Assembly (NCBI GenBank): GCA_964291405.2
Contig: OZ219926.1
Location: forward strand, 1,376,001 to 1,440,000
Direction: 5' to 3'
Length of the DNA: 64,000 bases
Source of the DNA: Thermodesulfobacteriota bacterium
GTDB taxonomy: Bacteria > Desulfobacterota > Binatia > Bin18
Shown here: piece after piece, positions 49,407-61,796 of the stretch
How the letters are laid out: each line of letters opens with the position of its first letter
Numbering within the stretch: position 1 is the first letter of the stretch
Program-made: the position numbers and the translations under genes
The notes under the pieces: generated by a model
What the model saw: only the letters and a program-made list of their open reading frames with translations
Database searches by the model: none
What the model was told of the DNA's origin: nothing

Positions 49407-50504
49407 CTACAGCGAATCTGCAAATCCTTTGATATCGCGGACGGTGGCCGCATATACGTCCGGGATCGCTTTGGGGAAAAGGACGTCGGCGGCGTGGCAG
49501 GTCCCGTTGACGGTCCGGCTGTATACCGGCACCCCCGCTGCCATGAGCCGCTGATAATGGACGAGCCCCTCATCCCGCAGGGGGTCTAATTCGTTGACCG
49601 AGATGACGTGCGGGGGTAACCCCTGGAGGTCTTCCCCGGTTGCCCAGTACGGCCAACACAGCGGATTTTTCGCGTTTTTGCCTTCAGGGTCGTAAACGCT
49701 TGCCAGCACCTCCATCTGGCGACAGTTGATCAGGTAGTTGTCGTTCTCGTACAGAGAGCGCAGTTCCGTGTTCGGCTGTGCCCACCCACCATAAATGTAC
49801 GGGCACAAGGCGTAGACGCCGGCAATTTGTTCAAGGCGTCCGTCCTGCTTGGCCTGCAAACACGTGGCCAGAGCGAGATTCCCTCCGCCAGACTCACCCG
49901 ACGCAATGATCTTCGAGACCCCCAGGCTGGCCTTGTTGTCAAACACCCATTGCAGCCCGCTCGTGCAGTCGTTGAGACCGGCCGGAAACGGATGGTTACC
50001 CAGCTTACCCGCGCCATTCCGGAATTCCACACCAACGGCGACCATACCTACGGCCGCAAGCTCATCACGCCAGCGTCGATACGATGGATCATCGGCTGTC
50101 AGGATAACCATGCCACCGCCGTGCATATGATATACACAGGGCAGCGGGCCGGACGCATTCTGGGGCGTATGAATGTACAGATTGATGTCGTTGCCATCCA
50201 CGCCCTTGATGACCTCGGTCCGCCGCTCAATATTCGGCATCGCCGGCAGGTCAGCGCACAGGGCGGCAAACACCGTTGCCATGCCAGCCTCACTTCCCGC
50301 ACAGAAGTCGAGCTTTTCCGGCAGGGGCGAGTCCGCGTTGACCGGTATGGGCGGCAGGGCCACATCGAGCTTAAAGGGCCCACAGGCGTCGACCAAGCGA
50401 GGATCCGTGCGCGGGTCGGTCTTCATGACCTGGTCCGGATTGCCAAGACGGCCCGGTAAGAGAGGTAGATCGTTCTGGTGTGATTGCGATATCGCTGTTG
50501 TCAT
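49407..50504 (-). CDS. HSL-family (family IV) esterase
   Basis: HGGG, GESGG, ELDPLRDEG, H. Confidence 0.92.
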   Translation of the reverse strand: MTTAISQSHQNDLPLLPGRLGNPDQVMKTDPRTDPRLVDACGPFKLDVALPPIPVNADSPLPEKLDFCAGSEAGMATVFAALCADLPAMPNIERRTEVIKGVDGNDINLYIHTPQNASGPLPCVYHMHGGGMVILTADDPSYRRWRDELAAVGMVAVGVEFRNGAGKLGNHPFPAGLNDCTSGLQWVFDNKASLGVSKIIASGESGGGNLALATCLQAKQDGRLEQIAGVYALCPYIYGGWAQPNTELRSLYENDNYLINCRQMEVLASVYDPEGKNAKNPLCWPYWATGEDLQGLPPHVISVNELDPLRDEGLVHYQRLMAAGVPVYSRTVNGTCHAADVLFPKAIPDVYAATVRDIKGFADSL

Positions 50505-50780
50505 GGTGTGACTCCTTTCTGATTTCCCTGACTAAAGAATGGCATGACTACGTCATCATCGTCCCGTATGCGACGGGGGCCGTAGCGCGCCCTCCTTTCC
50601 TCACCCCCTGCATACCAGACCAGCACGGCAGGGAAAAGAAGTCGGGCGGAAACCTGGTGGCGGCAGACTCGTCGGCACTCACGGTCCGGGCTTGCGCGCG
50701 AAACCTTGGCTGTGAGAGACTCGCAGACGGCTGGCGCTCTCTGAGGAACCCAGCCCGTTAATTCAGAGGGAGGAGCAGGG

Positions 50781-51224
50781 ATGGAACGCATGACTCCTGA
50801 AGAATGCCGGAGTTTCTTACTCAGTCCGGTGCGGACCGGCAAGCTGGCTACCGTGCGGAAAGACGGCCGGCCCCTGGTCGTGCCGGTATGGTATGATCTT
50901 GAGGGAGAGACCCTGGTCTTTATGACCGGGCGTGACTCTATCAAGGCACGCAATATACGCCACGAGCCCAGGGTCAGCGTATGTGTCGATGATGAGGTGA
51001 CACCGTTCGCGTATGTCGAACTCTCAGGCACGGCCGTCATGTCCGATGATGCAGACCAGGTGCGCTATTGGGCGGCACGGATTGGCGGGCGCTATATGGG
51101 ACAGGCGTTAGCCGAGACCTATGGGCAAATCAACAGCGGGTCAGGAGAGTTGATCGTACACGTCACGCCAACGCACCTGTATGGGTATAAAGAGGTGACC
51201 GGCCGGTATCCACAGCCGACGTAG
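50781..51224 (+). CDS. PPOX-class F420-dependent oxidoreductase
   Basis: LATVRKDGRP..PVW, KARNI...PRVS.CVDD. Confidence 0.9.
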   Translation: MERMTPEECRSFLLSPVRTGKLATVRKDGRPLVVPVWYDLEGETLVFMTGRDSIKARNIRHEPRVSVCVDDEVTPFAYVELSGTAVMSDDADQVRYWAARIGGRYMGQALAETYGQINSGSGELIVHVTPTHLYGYKEVTGRYPQPT

Positions 51225-51293
51225 CCTCGGGGACCCGCGCGGTCGGCATGGCAGGTTCCGGTACAACAATTTTTTGAGGCTGCACACCCTGGC

Positions 51294-51992
51294 TCAGGCG
51301 TCGTACAGTTCGGCGTTACGTTGGGCCGCGGCTTTCAGTTCGTCGTCGCTGTAGTCGAAGCGTGGCTTGCCCGCAGGGACGCACAGGCCGCGCTGTACGG
51401 CCTCGCGGGCTTCGACGCGTGCGAGCCAGGCGGTCAGGTGGGTGAGGTCCGAGACATCGACGTTGGCCCACTGATACGCGCGCGCCCACGGGAAAGTGGC
51501 GATATCGACCATCGAATATTCGCCGCAGAGATACTCCTGGTCACGGAGCGCGTCATTCAAGACGCATAGCAGACGTTTCGATTCCGTGACGTAGCGCTCG
51601 ATCGCATATTCGTCGACAATGCCTTTGGGTGCCGCGATGCGCTGAAAAAACATGGCCTGCCCGAGCATCGGGCCGATCGCGCTCATCTGGAACATGAGCC
51701 ACTGCATGGCCTGGTGACGCAGCTGGGGATCGGTCGGCCAGAGCTTGCCGCTCCGCTCTGCAAGGTAGAGCAAGATCGCTCCCGATTCGGCCAGTACGAA
51801 GTCGTCATGGTCATGGTCAACGATGACGGGAATACGTCCATTCGGATTGAGTTTGAGAAACTCCGGGGTCTTCTGTTCATTTTTGTTGAAGTGGAGATAC
51901 TCCACGTCGTAATCGATGCCGAGTTCTTCAAGGGCAATAGAGGCTTTCCACCCGTTCGCGGTCGGGGCGGTATACAAGGTGATTTCGCTCAT
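51294..51992 (-). CDS. Glutathione S-transferase, YfcG/YghU (nu class)-like
   Basis: TANGWK, NPNGRIP, ESGAILLYL, QWLMFQM..GPM.GQ. Confidence 0.92.
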   Translation of the reverse strand: MSEITLYTAPTANGWKASIALEELGIDYDVEYLHFNKNEQKTPEFLKLNPNGRIPVIVDHDHDDFVLAESGAILLYLAERSGKLWPTDPQLRHQAMQWLMFQMSAIGPMLGQAMFFQRIAAPKGIVDEYAIERYVTESKRLLCVLNDALRDQEYLCGEYSMVDIATFPWARAYQWANVDVSDLTHLTAWLARVEAREAVQRGLCVPAGKPRFDYSDDELKAAAQRNAELYDA

Positions 51993-52198
51993 AGGTCTGG
52001 TCCTCAAGATGTATAGAGAGTCGCGGAGCAAGTGGATGTATTTGCTCCGGTGAGCATGGTTCCAAAAAATGCCGAGAGAAACAACCGGCTGAGCAGTCAC
52101 GGCAATTTCATGATTGCCATTCGTTCATGACGGCCCTACAGTTCGGATGAGCAGAATTTCAGCTTTGAACGGATACTATTGGCCGCAAAGGAGATGCT

Positions 52199-52606
52199 AT
52201 GCAGGCACGTACGCCCGAAGAAATCGATCATCTGTTTGTGAAGGCCATGAATGAGGGTGATGTTGAGGCCATGCTGACCCTCTACGAGCCGGACCAAGTC
52301 TTTGTCTCCCAGCCGGGACAACCCGTGGTGCGTGGAGTCGGGGAGTCTTTGCGTGAGAAGCTCCGCGATTTTACGAGTCTGAGGCCCCGACTCAAGATTG
52401 AGATGAAGCATGTGGTGGAAGCTGGCGACATCGCGTTGTACTGCTGCCAGTGGACCATGCAGGTCACAGGACCTGATGGTCAGGAGCAGACTCTGTCCGG
52501 CCGAGATGCGAATGTGGCCCGCCGTCAGCCCGATGGGACGTGGCGCATCCTCATCGATAATCCTTTTCACGAGGAGTATATGCTCAAGGAGAGCACTGCC
52601 TCATAA
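52199..52606 (+). CDS. SnoaL/DUF4440 NTF2 protein
   Basis: GDIAL, VARRQPDGTWR.LIDNP. Confidence 0.88.
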   Translation: MQARTPEEIDHLFVKAMNEGDVEAMLTLYEPDQVFVSQPGQPVVRGVGESLREKLRDFTSLRPRLKIEMKHVVEAGDIALYCCQWTMQVTGPDGQEQTLSGRDANVARRQPDGTWRILIDNPFHEEYMLKESTAS

Positions 52607-52719
52607 GTATCAGAGAGCCGGCGGTCTCTCGTGACGTATGGTCAACTTATGACTCTCGCTTGACGTGCGGAAATTTCCGTGTTCGGGTAAGAAAATCATT
52701 TAATGTAGGAGGGCATGTA

Positions 52720-53055
52720 ATGGCAGATGTCGGGTCCGAAAAGGTCTTCGAGAACGACAAGGTGATCGTTTGGAACTTCGAGCTCGCTCCGGGCGAGGAA
52801 ACGCCCGTGCACACGCACGAGCACAGCTATATGTGGTACGCGATCTCGGGCGCGCCCCTACAGGTGACCGACGAGAACGAGGAGGACTTGGGCACAATGG
52901 AGGTGCCGACGGGCGCAATCTTTTCGCTGAAAGTGGAGGATGGCGAAATCGAGGTTGTATCCGGGCCGGGCAAGGGGATGCGCGTCCCGGCACGTCATAA
53001 GGCACGCAACGCCGGAACCACGCCGTATCGAGAAGTCCTGGTCGAGTTTAAATAA
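52720..53055 (+). CDS. Small cupin
   Basis: FENDKV.VW...LAPGE....HTH, H.ARN.G. Confidence 0.85.
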   Translation: MADVGSEKVFENDKVIVWNFELAPGEETPVHTHEHSYMWYAISGAPLQVTDENEEDLGTMEVPTGAIFSLKVEDGEIEVVSGPGKGMRVPARHKARNAGTTPYREVLVEFK

Positions 53056-53199
53056 ATCCCGGCGCTGCTCCGTCCGTTAAGATAGAGAAACTCCCGTCCC
53101 GATCGTCCTGCTTCGACCGGCCCGGTACGAACGGGTTTGGACTGTCCCGCCCTGACCTTCTTCGTTCGCCCCGAGCGCAGGGAAACCCCGTACAGAGCC

Positions 53200-54420
53200 C
53201 TACCGTTCTTGGGCCTGACGAGCCAGCCGCGCGTACCCGTCACGGGTCTGCGGCAAGCGGCGGTCTAAAATCCGCGATGCGATGACCGTGCGCAGGATCT
53301 GGGCCGTACCGCCCCCAATCGTGAACATGCGAGCGTCACGCACCATGCGTTCAGCCGGTGTATTGCGCGAATAGCCTTTGGCTCCAAACACCTGTAAGGC
53401 GTCATTTGTGACCTTAATGGCCATTTCCGAGGCAAACAACTTTGCTTGCGCGGCCGCATTCGGGTCCGGGAACGGGCTGTCGTGGGAGCCGCGCGAACGG
53501 GCCGCGCTGTGGATCATGAGCCGCGCCGCTTCGATCTGCGTCGACATATCGGCCAGCATCCACTGCAAGCCCTGAAACTCGGCAATCGGCCGACCAAACT
53601 GTTCCCGATCCAAAGCGTATTGTTTTGCTCCTTCATAGGCTCCGGTTGCCAGCCCCAAAGCAACCGTGCCCGCGCCAACCCGTTGGGTGTTGTAAGCGTT
53701 CATTAATTCGGCAAAGCCGCGCCTGAAGCCGCCCGGCGGTGTTAACACGCGGTCGGCGGGCAGTTCGAGATCTTCGAAATATACTTCGGCCTCAGGAATA
53801 CCCCGCAAGCCCATCGTGGGCTCCCGTTGACCGATGCGCAACCCACGATCCTGGTCGCGAACGGCAATAAATCCACCGATGCCCTGCTCTGTCCCCTGTC
53901 CGTCAAACACGCGGGCGAAGATCAGATGGAGTTGCGAAACACCGCCCCCGGTAATCCAGTGCTTCATGCCGTTCAGCACATACGTATCGCCGTGTTTATC
54001 GGCTCGCGTGGTCATCTCCGAGGCGGCGCTGCCGGCCTGAGGCTCGGTAATACAGATGGCGGGCTTATCCCCGGCCAGGACAAGAGCGGCGGCGAGATCT
54101 TTTTGTGCCGGCGTGCCGTAGTGCATGATGGCGGAAAGCGCCCCCATATTCGCTTCGACCGCAATGCGTCCGGTCACCCCGCACACTTTTGCCATCTCTT
54201 CGATGACGAGCACCACATCGAGATAGCTCAGTCCTGTCCCACCGAACTCCGGCGGGACGGTCATGCCAAAGAATCCAGCTTCATGCAACGCACGGACATT
54301 CTCCCAGGGGTATTGTTCGCTGCGATCGACCTCCGCAGCACGCGGTGCGATCACGTCCTGGGCCAATTCGCGCGCCCGTGCCCGTAACGCAAGCTGCGAC
54401 TCAGTCAGCGTGTAATGCAT
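53200..54420 (-). CDS. acd: 3-sulfinopropionyl-CoA desulfinase-like acyl-CoA dehydrogenase-fold enzyme
   Basis: EQYPW, GRI, LAGDKPAICITEP.AGSAASEMTTRAD, WITGGGVS.LHLIFARVF, AYN.QRVGAG, RDARMFTI, LPQTRDGY match Acd of Advenella as recalled. Confidence 0.85.
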   Translation of the reverse strand: MHYTLTESQLALRARARELAQDVIAPRAAEVDRSEQYPWENVRALHEAGFFGMTVPPEFGGTGLSYLDVVLVIEEMAKVCGVTGRIAVEANMGALSAIMHYGTPAQKDLAAALVLAGDKPAICITEPQAGSAASEMTTRADKHGDTYVLNGMKHWITGGGVSQLHLIFARVFDGQGTEQGIGGFIAVRDQDRGLRIGQREPTMGLRGIPEAEVYFEDLELPADRVLTPPGGFRRGFAELMNAYNTQRVGAGTVALGLATGAYEGAKQYALDREQFGRPIAEFQGLQWMLADMSTQIEAARLMIHSAARSRGSHDSPFPDPNAAAQAKLFASEMAIKVTNDALQVFGAKGYSRNTPAERMVRDARMFTIGGGTAQILRTVIASRILDRRLPQTRDGYARLARQAQER

Positions 54421-54434
54421 TGCCGAAATCCTCC

Positions 54435-55814
54435 CTACAAGTGCAAGTGGGCAGCTCTTTGCCGCGCGTGTTCCGCACGCGAGTCGTCACCGCACGCCTG
54501 TAACACGGTTGCGTACTTTTGCCAGCTCCCAAGACTGCTCGGTCTCAACAACGCCCGCTGCGCCAGCAGCGCCCGTGCCTGCTCGTAGCGTTCGGCGCGG
54601 ATGGCGGCCTCGATGAGAATCTGTGTAAAAATATCGCGCTGCGCATGAGACCCTCCGATCCCAAACCAACGGTCGCGCAGCGGCCACAAGACATCGACCG
54701 CCCGCGCATACTCCCCGTTTTCAAACGCCAGTACTCCTTCACACATCGGCACCACCACATCCGCCATCAGCGAAGCAGCATAATTGTCTGGGGTAGGTGC
54801 AAACGATTCGAGTGCATTGATATACGTCCGCGCGGTCTCCTGGTCGTCCGCGGATGCCAGCGCCATCAAACTATGCAGATCGGTAAAAGCCAGCACATGA
54901 TCATCGACCCGCTTCCGCGCGTACTCCGCCAAGGGCTCCCAGCGATCACCCACATCAACCCCCAGCAATTCCAGGCGCTTGAGCAGCGAAGCGCCGTTTT
55001 GGACATCCAGGAAGAATTCCGTGTTCGCGGTCAGTATCCGATTGTCATAGACGTCCAGGGTAAAATCATAGTCCCCCCGCTCAAGCGCGAATAAGGCCAG
55101 GTGCCACCAATTATGGCCTTGAAACGGGTTTCGATCCGCCCATTGCTCGACCGGCCGATCGATCAGCGCAATCCCTTCGTCCAGACGGCCCTGCATCTCC
55201 ATTACGTGGGCGACCGAGTGGATCGCCCACAGGTCATCCGGGTTCAGGTCAATGGACCGGCGACCAAAGGTTTCGGCTTGCGCATAATCGCCGCATTCTT
55301 CAAGCGCGAAGGCCAACATGCCGAGGACGAAGCTGTAACCGGGGATCGACTCGTCCCACAGGTCGAACACGCCGGCGACGGTATTGCGAATGACATAACT
55401 CCGACCGGTCCAGAAAGTCGAATGGTGGTGCATTTTGAGCGCCAGCAGGTCGTGAGGATAGTCGGCCAATATGGCCTCCCAGGCCGCACAGGCCCGTTCG
55501 AGATTGCCGGTGGCCAACCCTTCCAGGGCGTCACAGTGCAGACGTTCGCGGCGGGCGTCGTCCGCAAGATGTTCGCGGGCGTGTGACGCGCTGGCCAGCA
55601 TTTTCGGGCGGACCGCGACCGTCTCAAGCATGGACATAATATAGCCCCGGACCACGTGGGCCATTGGAAAATCCGGGTCGAGTTCGAGGACGCGCTTCAG
55701 ATTTTTCGGCGCGACGAGACGATAATTCCAGAGGTCCGTGAGCACCTTGTCGTACTCGGTCAGAGCCTCGGCATTCGTCACCGTGATATCAAGACCGCGA
55801 ACGTCGGTTGGCAT
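54435..55814 (-). CDS. TTC38-like TPR protein
   Basis: YPHDLLALK, GMLAFALEE, DLWAIHSVAHVMEMQG, HNWWH.AL, GGSHAQRD. Confidence 0.88.
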   Translation of the reverse strand: MPTDVRGLDITVTNAEALTEYDKVLTDLWNYRLVAPKNLKRVLELDPDFPMAHVVRGYIMSMLETVAVRPKMLASASHAREHLADDARRERLHCDALEGLATGNLERACAAWEAILADYPHDLLALKMHHHSTFWTGRSYVIRNTVAGVFDLWDESIPGYSFVLGMLAFALEECGDYAQAETFGRRSIDLNPDDLWAIHSVAHVMEMQGRLDEGIALIDRPVEQWADRNPFQGHNWWHLALFALERGDYDFTLDVYDNRILTANTEFFLDVQNGASLLKRLELLGVDVGDRWEPLAEYARKRVDDHVLAFTDLHSLMALASADDQETARTYINALESFAPTPDNYAASLMADVVVPMCEGVLAFENGEYARAVDVLWPLRDRWFGIGGSHAQRDIFTQILIEAAIRAERYEQARALLAQRALLRPSSLGSWQKYATVLQACGDDSRAEHARQRAAHLHL

Positions 55815-56007
55815 GAGATTTCTCCTTTGTGTTACGACAGCCACATTGCTGGGTCCAATTCAAATAGACCGGGCAGCAAAAACGGGGAATGACCGGTATT
55901 CCCCCCGCCACATTACCCGTACTCTCAGTGGACAACAATCCGGCAGACACCGAATGGGTCTATTGATTTGATGAGGGTAAAGTCGGATGAACAAAGCTCA
56001 ACACCGC

Positions 56008-56034
56008 CAAGACTTCTTTGTCTCCAAAGGATAT
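56008..56034 (+). promoter_or_regulatory. Duplicated leader core, copy 1
   Basis: CAAGACTTCTTTGTCTCCAAAGGATAT, 26/27 identical to 56970-56996. Confidence 0.7.
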
Positions 56035-56087
56035 ATCATCTGCTTAATGTGTGAACGAAGAGCCGAAGTGCATAAGGGAGGATCGGT

Positions 56088-56933
56088 ATGAGTGTCCTGG
56101 ATGGACCGCGGACAGAATGGCGTCGGATTTTGCACGAAGGCCAGCCCAAATGGGTCAAACCGGACGGCGACGGGCTGCTGCTGGGCGATGGCCGGGCGAT
56201 TCATGAGGCCGAGGCCGCCTATCTGCCGCCGTGCGAACCAAGCAAGATCCTGTGTATTCACCTGAATTATGAATCGCGCCGGGCCGAGTTCCGCGTCCCA
56301 CCGATTGAAACGCCCACGTATTTCCAGAAGCCGACAACGGCGCTGAACAGCCACCGGGGCTCCCTCGTGCGTCCGCACGACACGAAGTATCTCAACTACG
56401 AAGGGGAGGTGGCGGTGATTATTGGGAAACCGATGCGCAACGTGGGCCGCGCTGAGGTGTGGGAGTATATCGCGGGCTTTGCGCCCGGTAATGACGTGGG
56501 GAGCCAGGACTTTCGCGATACGGATGCGGGCTCGATGCTGCGCGTCAAAGGGATGGACGGCTTTTGCCCGATTGGCCCAGGCGTCGTGAGTGGGGTGGAC
56601 ATTCGCCAGGCCACGCTCCGGACCTACCTCAATGACACGGTCGTACAGGAAGGCGCTCTGAGTGAGATGATCTTTCCGATCGACTATATCCTGGCCGATC
56701 TGTGTCGCTATATCACGCTCCTGCCTGGAGATGTGATTATGTCGGGCACACCCAGAAACTCACGCCCAATGAATGTTGGGGATCTCGTCGAGGTTGAGGT
56801 TTCCGGTTTGGGGCGACTCTCGAATCGGGTCGTCGAAGCGCCAGCACCCCCATATCAGGTTGGGCATCAACCGACCGACACCGATGCCGTCCGCCGCGTC
56901 GCCTTAGGGTCGGATTGGCGGCGTGAGAAATGA
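56088..56933 (+). CDS. Fumarylacetoacetate hydrolase family protein
   Basis: FQKP, YEGE, ND, KG.DGFCPIGP, LLPGDVI.SGTP. Confidence 0.92.
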   Translation: MSVLDGPRTEWRRILHEGQPKWVKPDGDGLLLGDGRAIHEAEAAYLPPCEPSKILCIHLNYESRRAEFRVPPIETPTYFQKPTTALNSHRGSLVRPHDTKYLNYEGEVAVIIGKPMRNVGRAEVWEYIAGFAPGNDVGSQDFRDTDAGSMLRVKGMDGFCPIGPGVVSGVDIRQATLRTYLNDTVVQEGALSEMIFPIDYILADLCRYITLLPGDVIMSGTPRNSRPMNVGDLVEVEVSGLGRLSNRVVEAPAPPYQVGHQPTDTDAVRRVALGSDWRREK

Positions 56934-56969
56934 TGAAAGCGAGATCGGGCTGATGAAGCTCGACCCCAT

Positions 56970-56996
56970 CAAGACTTCTTTGTTTCCAAAGGATAT
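56970..56996 (+). promoter_or_regulatory. Duplicated leader core, copy 2
   Basis: CAAGACTTCTTTGTTTCCAAAGGATAT. Confidence 0.7.
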
Positions 56997-57051
56997 GTTA
57001 CCTCGTAGCGTTTGAATGAAGAGCTGAGATTGAAGAAGGAGGACTGCGAGA

Positions 57052-58881
<1,830 letters not shown>

Positions 58882-58893
58882 ACGAGGAATACG

Positions 58894-59646
58894 ATGCAAC
58901 CTATCCTCTTGTATGGCGTGCCGTTTTCGCAGCCGGTGCGCGCGGTCATGTGGCTGATGCTGTATAAGCGGACGCCGTTTGAAATGGTCCTGATCAACCC
59001 TGGCTCAAAAGGGGAAACCGGGAGCCGCAACCCGGCCTATCTGGCCAAAAATCCCGGCGGGACGATTCCCACGATCGAAGAGCCGGACACTGGCTTTGTG
59101 CTCAGCGAGGCGCACGCCATCATGTGTTATTTGAGCAATACGCACGGCTGGGAAGACGTGTATCCGACGGATTATCGGCTACGCGCCAAGGTAGACTGGT
59201 ATTTGCATTACCACCACCGCAATGTCCGCGACGCCTCCGTCGGACTGGTCGCACCGAAGATCCGCAAGGATCTGAATATCCCGGACGTCATTCAACAAGC
59301 CGCACACGCGACCCTGACGAAGGCACTCCACGCCTTGGAGTCGAGTTGGCTGGCGGAATCCCGCTATTTGATGGGCGAACAACTCACGCTGGCCGACTTT
59401 GCCGCATACGTGGAGATCGGACAGTTGCAGCCGGGTTTTACCAACGTCTACGATTTCGCGCCCTTCCCCAACGTGCGACGTTGGTTAGACGAGATGAAAC
59501 GCGTTGACGGGCACGACGACGTGCACGTCGTGCTGGCGGAACTCGGCGATATCAGTGGCGAGCCACCGACCATGGAGGCGATCAGGAACGCGAACAAAAA
59601 CGCGCTCAGGGTCTTGAAGGCAAAACTGAGAGAATTGACACCATGA
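58894..59646 (+). CDS. Glutathione S-transferase (theta-like)
   Basis: SQPVRAV, NP.GTIP, LSEAHAI, LTLAD. Confidence 0.88.
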   Translation: MQPILLYGVPFSQPVRAVMWLMLYKRTPFEMVLINPGSKGETGSRNPAYLAKNPGGTIPTIEEPDTGFVLSEAHAIMCYLSNTHGWEDVYPTDYRLRAKVDWYLHYHHRNVRDASVGLVAPKIRKDLNIPDVIQQAAHATLTKALHALESSWLAESRYLMGEQLTLADFAAYVEIGQLQPGFTNVYDFAPFPNVRRWLDEMKRVDGHDDVHVVLAELGDISGEPPTMEAIRNANKNALRVLKAKLRELTP

Positions 59647-60785
59647 TGGAACCCCAGGGATACTGTGCGGACGCGTTCGCAGCCGTTCACGAGGCATTTC
59701 AGGAGAACTTTGCGACGGGCGAGGAGCTGGGCGCCAGCGCGTGTGTCGTCCACGACGGAGAAGTGGTCGTTGATCTGTGGGGGGGCTCCTCAGGGCCGAG
59801 TGGCGAGTCCTGGCAGCAGGACACCATCGTCAACGTATACTCCACCACCAAAACCATGGCCGCGGTCTGCATGTTGATGCTCGCCGACCGCGGTCTGATC
59901 GATTTCGACGCTCCGGTTGCGCGCTACTGGCCGGAGTTCGCTCAGAACGGCAAGGAGAGTGTCCTGGTTCGCCATGTGATGAGCCACTCGGCAGGGTTAT
60001 CGGGTTTCGACTCACGCGTCGAGATCGAGGAACTCTACAACTGGGATGATATCTGCGGCAGGTTGGCCCGCCAGGCACCCTGGTGGGAGCCCGGGACTGC
60101 CTCGGGATACCACGCCATTACGCAAGGCTATCTGCAGGGAGAAATCCTGCGCCGGGTCGACGGCCGCAGTCTGGGCACGTTCTTTCGCGAGGAGGTCGCG
60201 ACCCCGCTTAACGTCGATTTTCACATTGGGCTGGACACCCAACACGATGGACGCGTGGGTGAGATGGTTCCTCCTTCGGCGACCATGGACCAGATGCCGG
60301 GCGATCCGGATTCGATTGCCACGCGGACCTTTCGGTCTGCCGCGTTGACGGGCCGCGAGCCACAGACGCGCGCGTGGCGTGCGGCGGAGATTCCGGCCGC
60401 AGGAGGGATTGGCAATGCACGGGCCGTCGCCCGCGTGCATGGGGCACTGGCTGCGGGCGGCGCGCTTGACGGCGTCCGGCTGATGGCCCCTGAAACGGTA
60501 GCAGTGGCACAACAACGGCAGACTAATGGTAAGGATCTCGTGCTCGACGTGTGGATGCTGTTCGGCATGGGCTTTGGCTTGATGAACCCGCGGATTCCGT
60601 TTACGCCGAGCCCCGGCGCCTTCTACTGGGGCGGCTGGGGCGGGTCCATTGCCGTGGTTGACCCCGATACCCGCACTTCGATCGCCTATGTGATGAACAA
60701 AATGGGCGAAAGCACGCTGGGAGATCAGCGCTCGGCGAGGATTATCGCGGCGACCTATGCCTCACTGAAACAGGAAGGCCGGTGA
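59643..60785 (+). CDS. Serine hydrolase (beta-lactamase fold, family VIII esterase)
   Basis: STTK (SxxK), YWPEF, HSAGL, GYH, WGGWGG. Confidence 0.92.
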   Translation: MMEPQGYCADAFAAVHEAFQENFATGEELGASACVVHDGEVVVDLWGGSSGPSGESWQQDTIVNVYSTTKTMAAVCMLMLADRGLIDFDAPVARYWPEFAQNGKESVLVRHVMSHSAGLSGFDSRVEIEELYNWDDICGRLARQAPWWEPGTASGYHAITQGYLQGEILRRVDGRSLGTFFREEVATPLNVDFHIGLDTQHDGRVGEMVPPSATMDQMPGDPDSIATRTFRSAALTGREPQTRAWRAAEIPAAGGIGNARAVARVHGALAAGGALDGVRLMAPETVAVAQQRQTNGKDLVLDVWMLFGMGFGLMNPRIPFTPSPGAFYWGGWGGSIAVVDPDTRTSIAYVMNKMGESTLGDQRSARIIAATYASLKQEGR

Positions 60786-61690
60786 TGACCCAAGCAGTAG
60801 GGCCTAATCCGAACTACCGCTACGAGCCCAAGCCCGTTGATGAAATCGTTGTCAGGGCGTTCAACTTCGACTTTCCCGACGATCTCGACCCCAAGTGGGC
60901 AAAGAACTCGGTGGTCAGATCGCATATGTTCAACGGCCTTTCGTTGACCATGCCGTATCTTGAACCCTATTTGATCAAGTCGATCCGGCAAGCGCTGCCG
61001 CTTATTCGGGAGGAACGTCTTCGAGAAGACATCAAAGGGTTCTGCGGCCAGGAGTCCCGCCACTACGCGTGTCACCGGCGGCTCAACGAACTCATCAAGA
61101 AAAACGGCTATCCCGAGCTGACCGAAATCGAGCAGCGTATGGAGCGGTCTTACGCCCGTCTGCAAACGCGCAGTCTGGAGACCCAGCTCGCCTACAACGC
61201 CGGGTTCGAGACAATGACGGCGGGCTTTACCCGCTGGATGACCACAAAACGCTGGGCGCTGTGGGGCGGCAATTGCCCGTGGGTTTCCTCGTTCTGGGTG
61301 ATGCATATGGTAGAGGAAACGGAGCACAAAACCGTTGCCTATGATACCTATATGGCCTGTTCGGGCCGCTCTCTGAAGCGGGCAATCGGCGTTCTGCACG
61401 GCAGTTTTCATGTGCTCGGCTACGGCCTCATCGCCATGCGGGAAGCGCTACGCAAGGACGGTCTGTGGGGCCAGCCCGGTACGATGCTCGAACTCGCGAG
61501 AGAGATGGGCACCCTCCTCTGGAACGTTGGTCCCTCTCTGTTACGCGCTATGCGCCCAGGGCACAACCCGCGTTACGACGAAGACCCGCAGTGGCAAAAG
61601 GACTGGGTCGCGGCACACAAACACTTAGCGCCTGACGCACCCATTCCCTTGCTTGATACCTCCGACCCGGACGTTCCGGTGCCGTTCTGA
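60782..61690 (+). CDS. Metal-dependent hydrolase (ferritin-like ExxH family)
   Basis: GQESRH, FE..T, H..EETEHK.VAYD. Confidence 0.85.
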   Translation: MMTQAVGPNPNYRYEPKPVDEIVVRAFNFDFPDDLDPKWAKNSVVRSHMFNGLSLTMPYLEPYLIKSIRQALPLIREERLREDIKGFCGQESRHYACHRRLNELIKKNGYPELTEIEQRMERSYARLQTRSLETQLAYNAGFETMTAGFTRWMTTKRWALWGGNCPWVSSFWVMHMVEETEHKTVAYDTYMACSGRSLKRAIGVLHGSFHVLGYGLIAMREALRKDGLWGQPGTMLELAREMGTLLWNVGPSLLRAMRPGHNPRYDEDPQWQKDWVAAHKHLAPDAPIPLLDTSDPDVPVPF

Positions 61691-61796
61691 GCAGAACCAA
61701 TCAATAAAAGTCGGAACCGTCGAGTGACCGCCAGGGGCAAGCCGCCGCGCGCCAAGGTTCCCCGGAAGGAACGCCCGACGCGCGGCATATTCTTGT

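Noticed and set aside
59643-60785. Beta-lactam resistance gene
   Set aside because: Motifs (GYH, WGG box, no signal peptide) fit family VIII esterases rather than class C beta-lactamases
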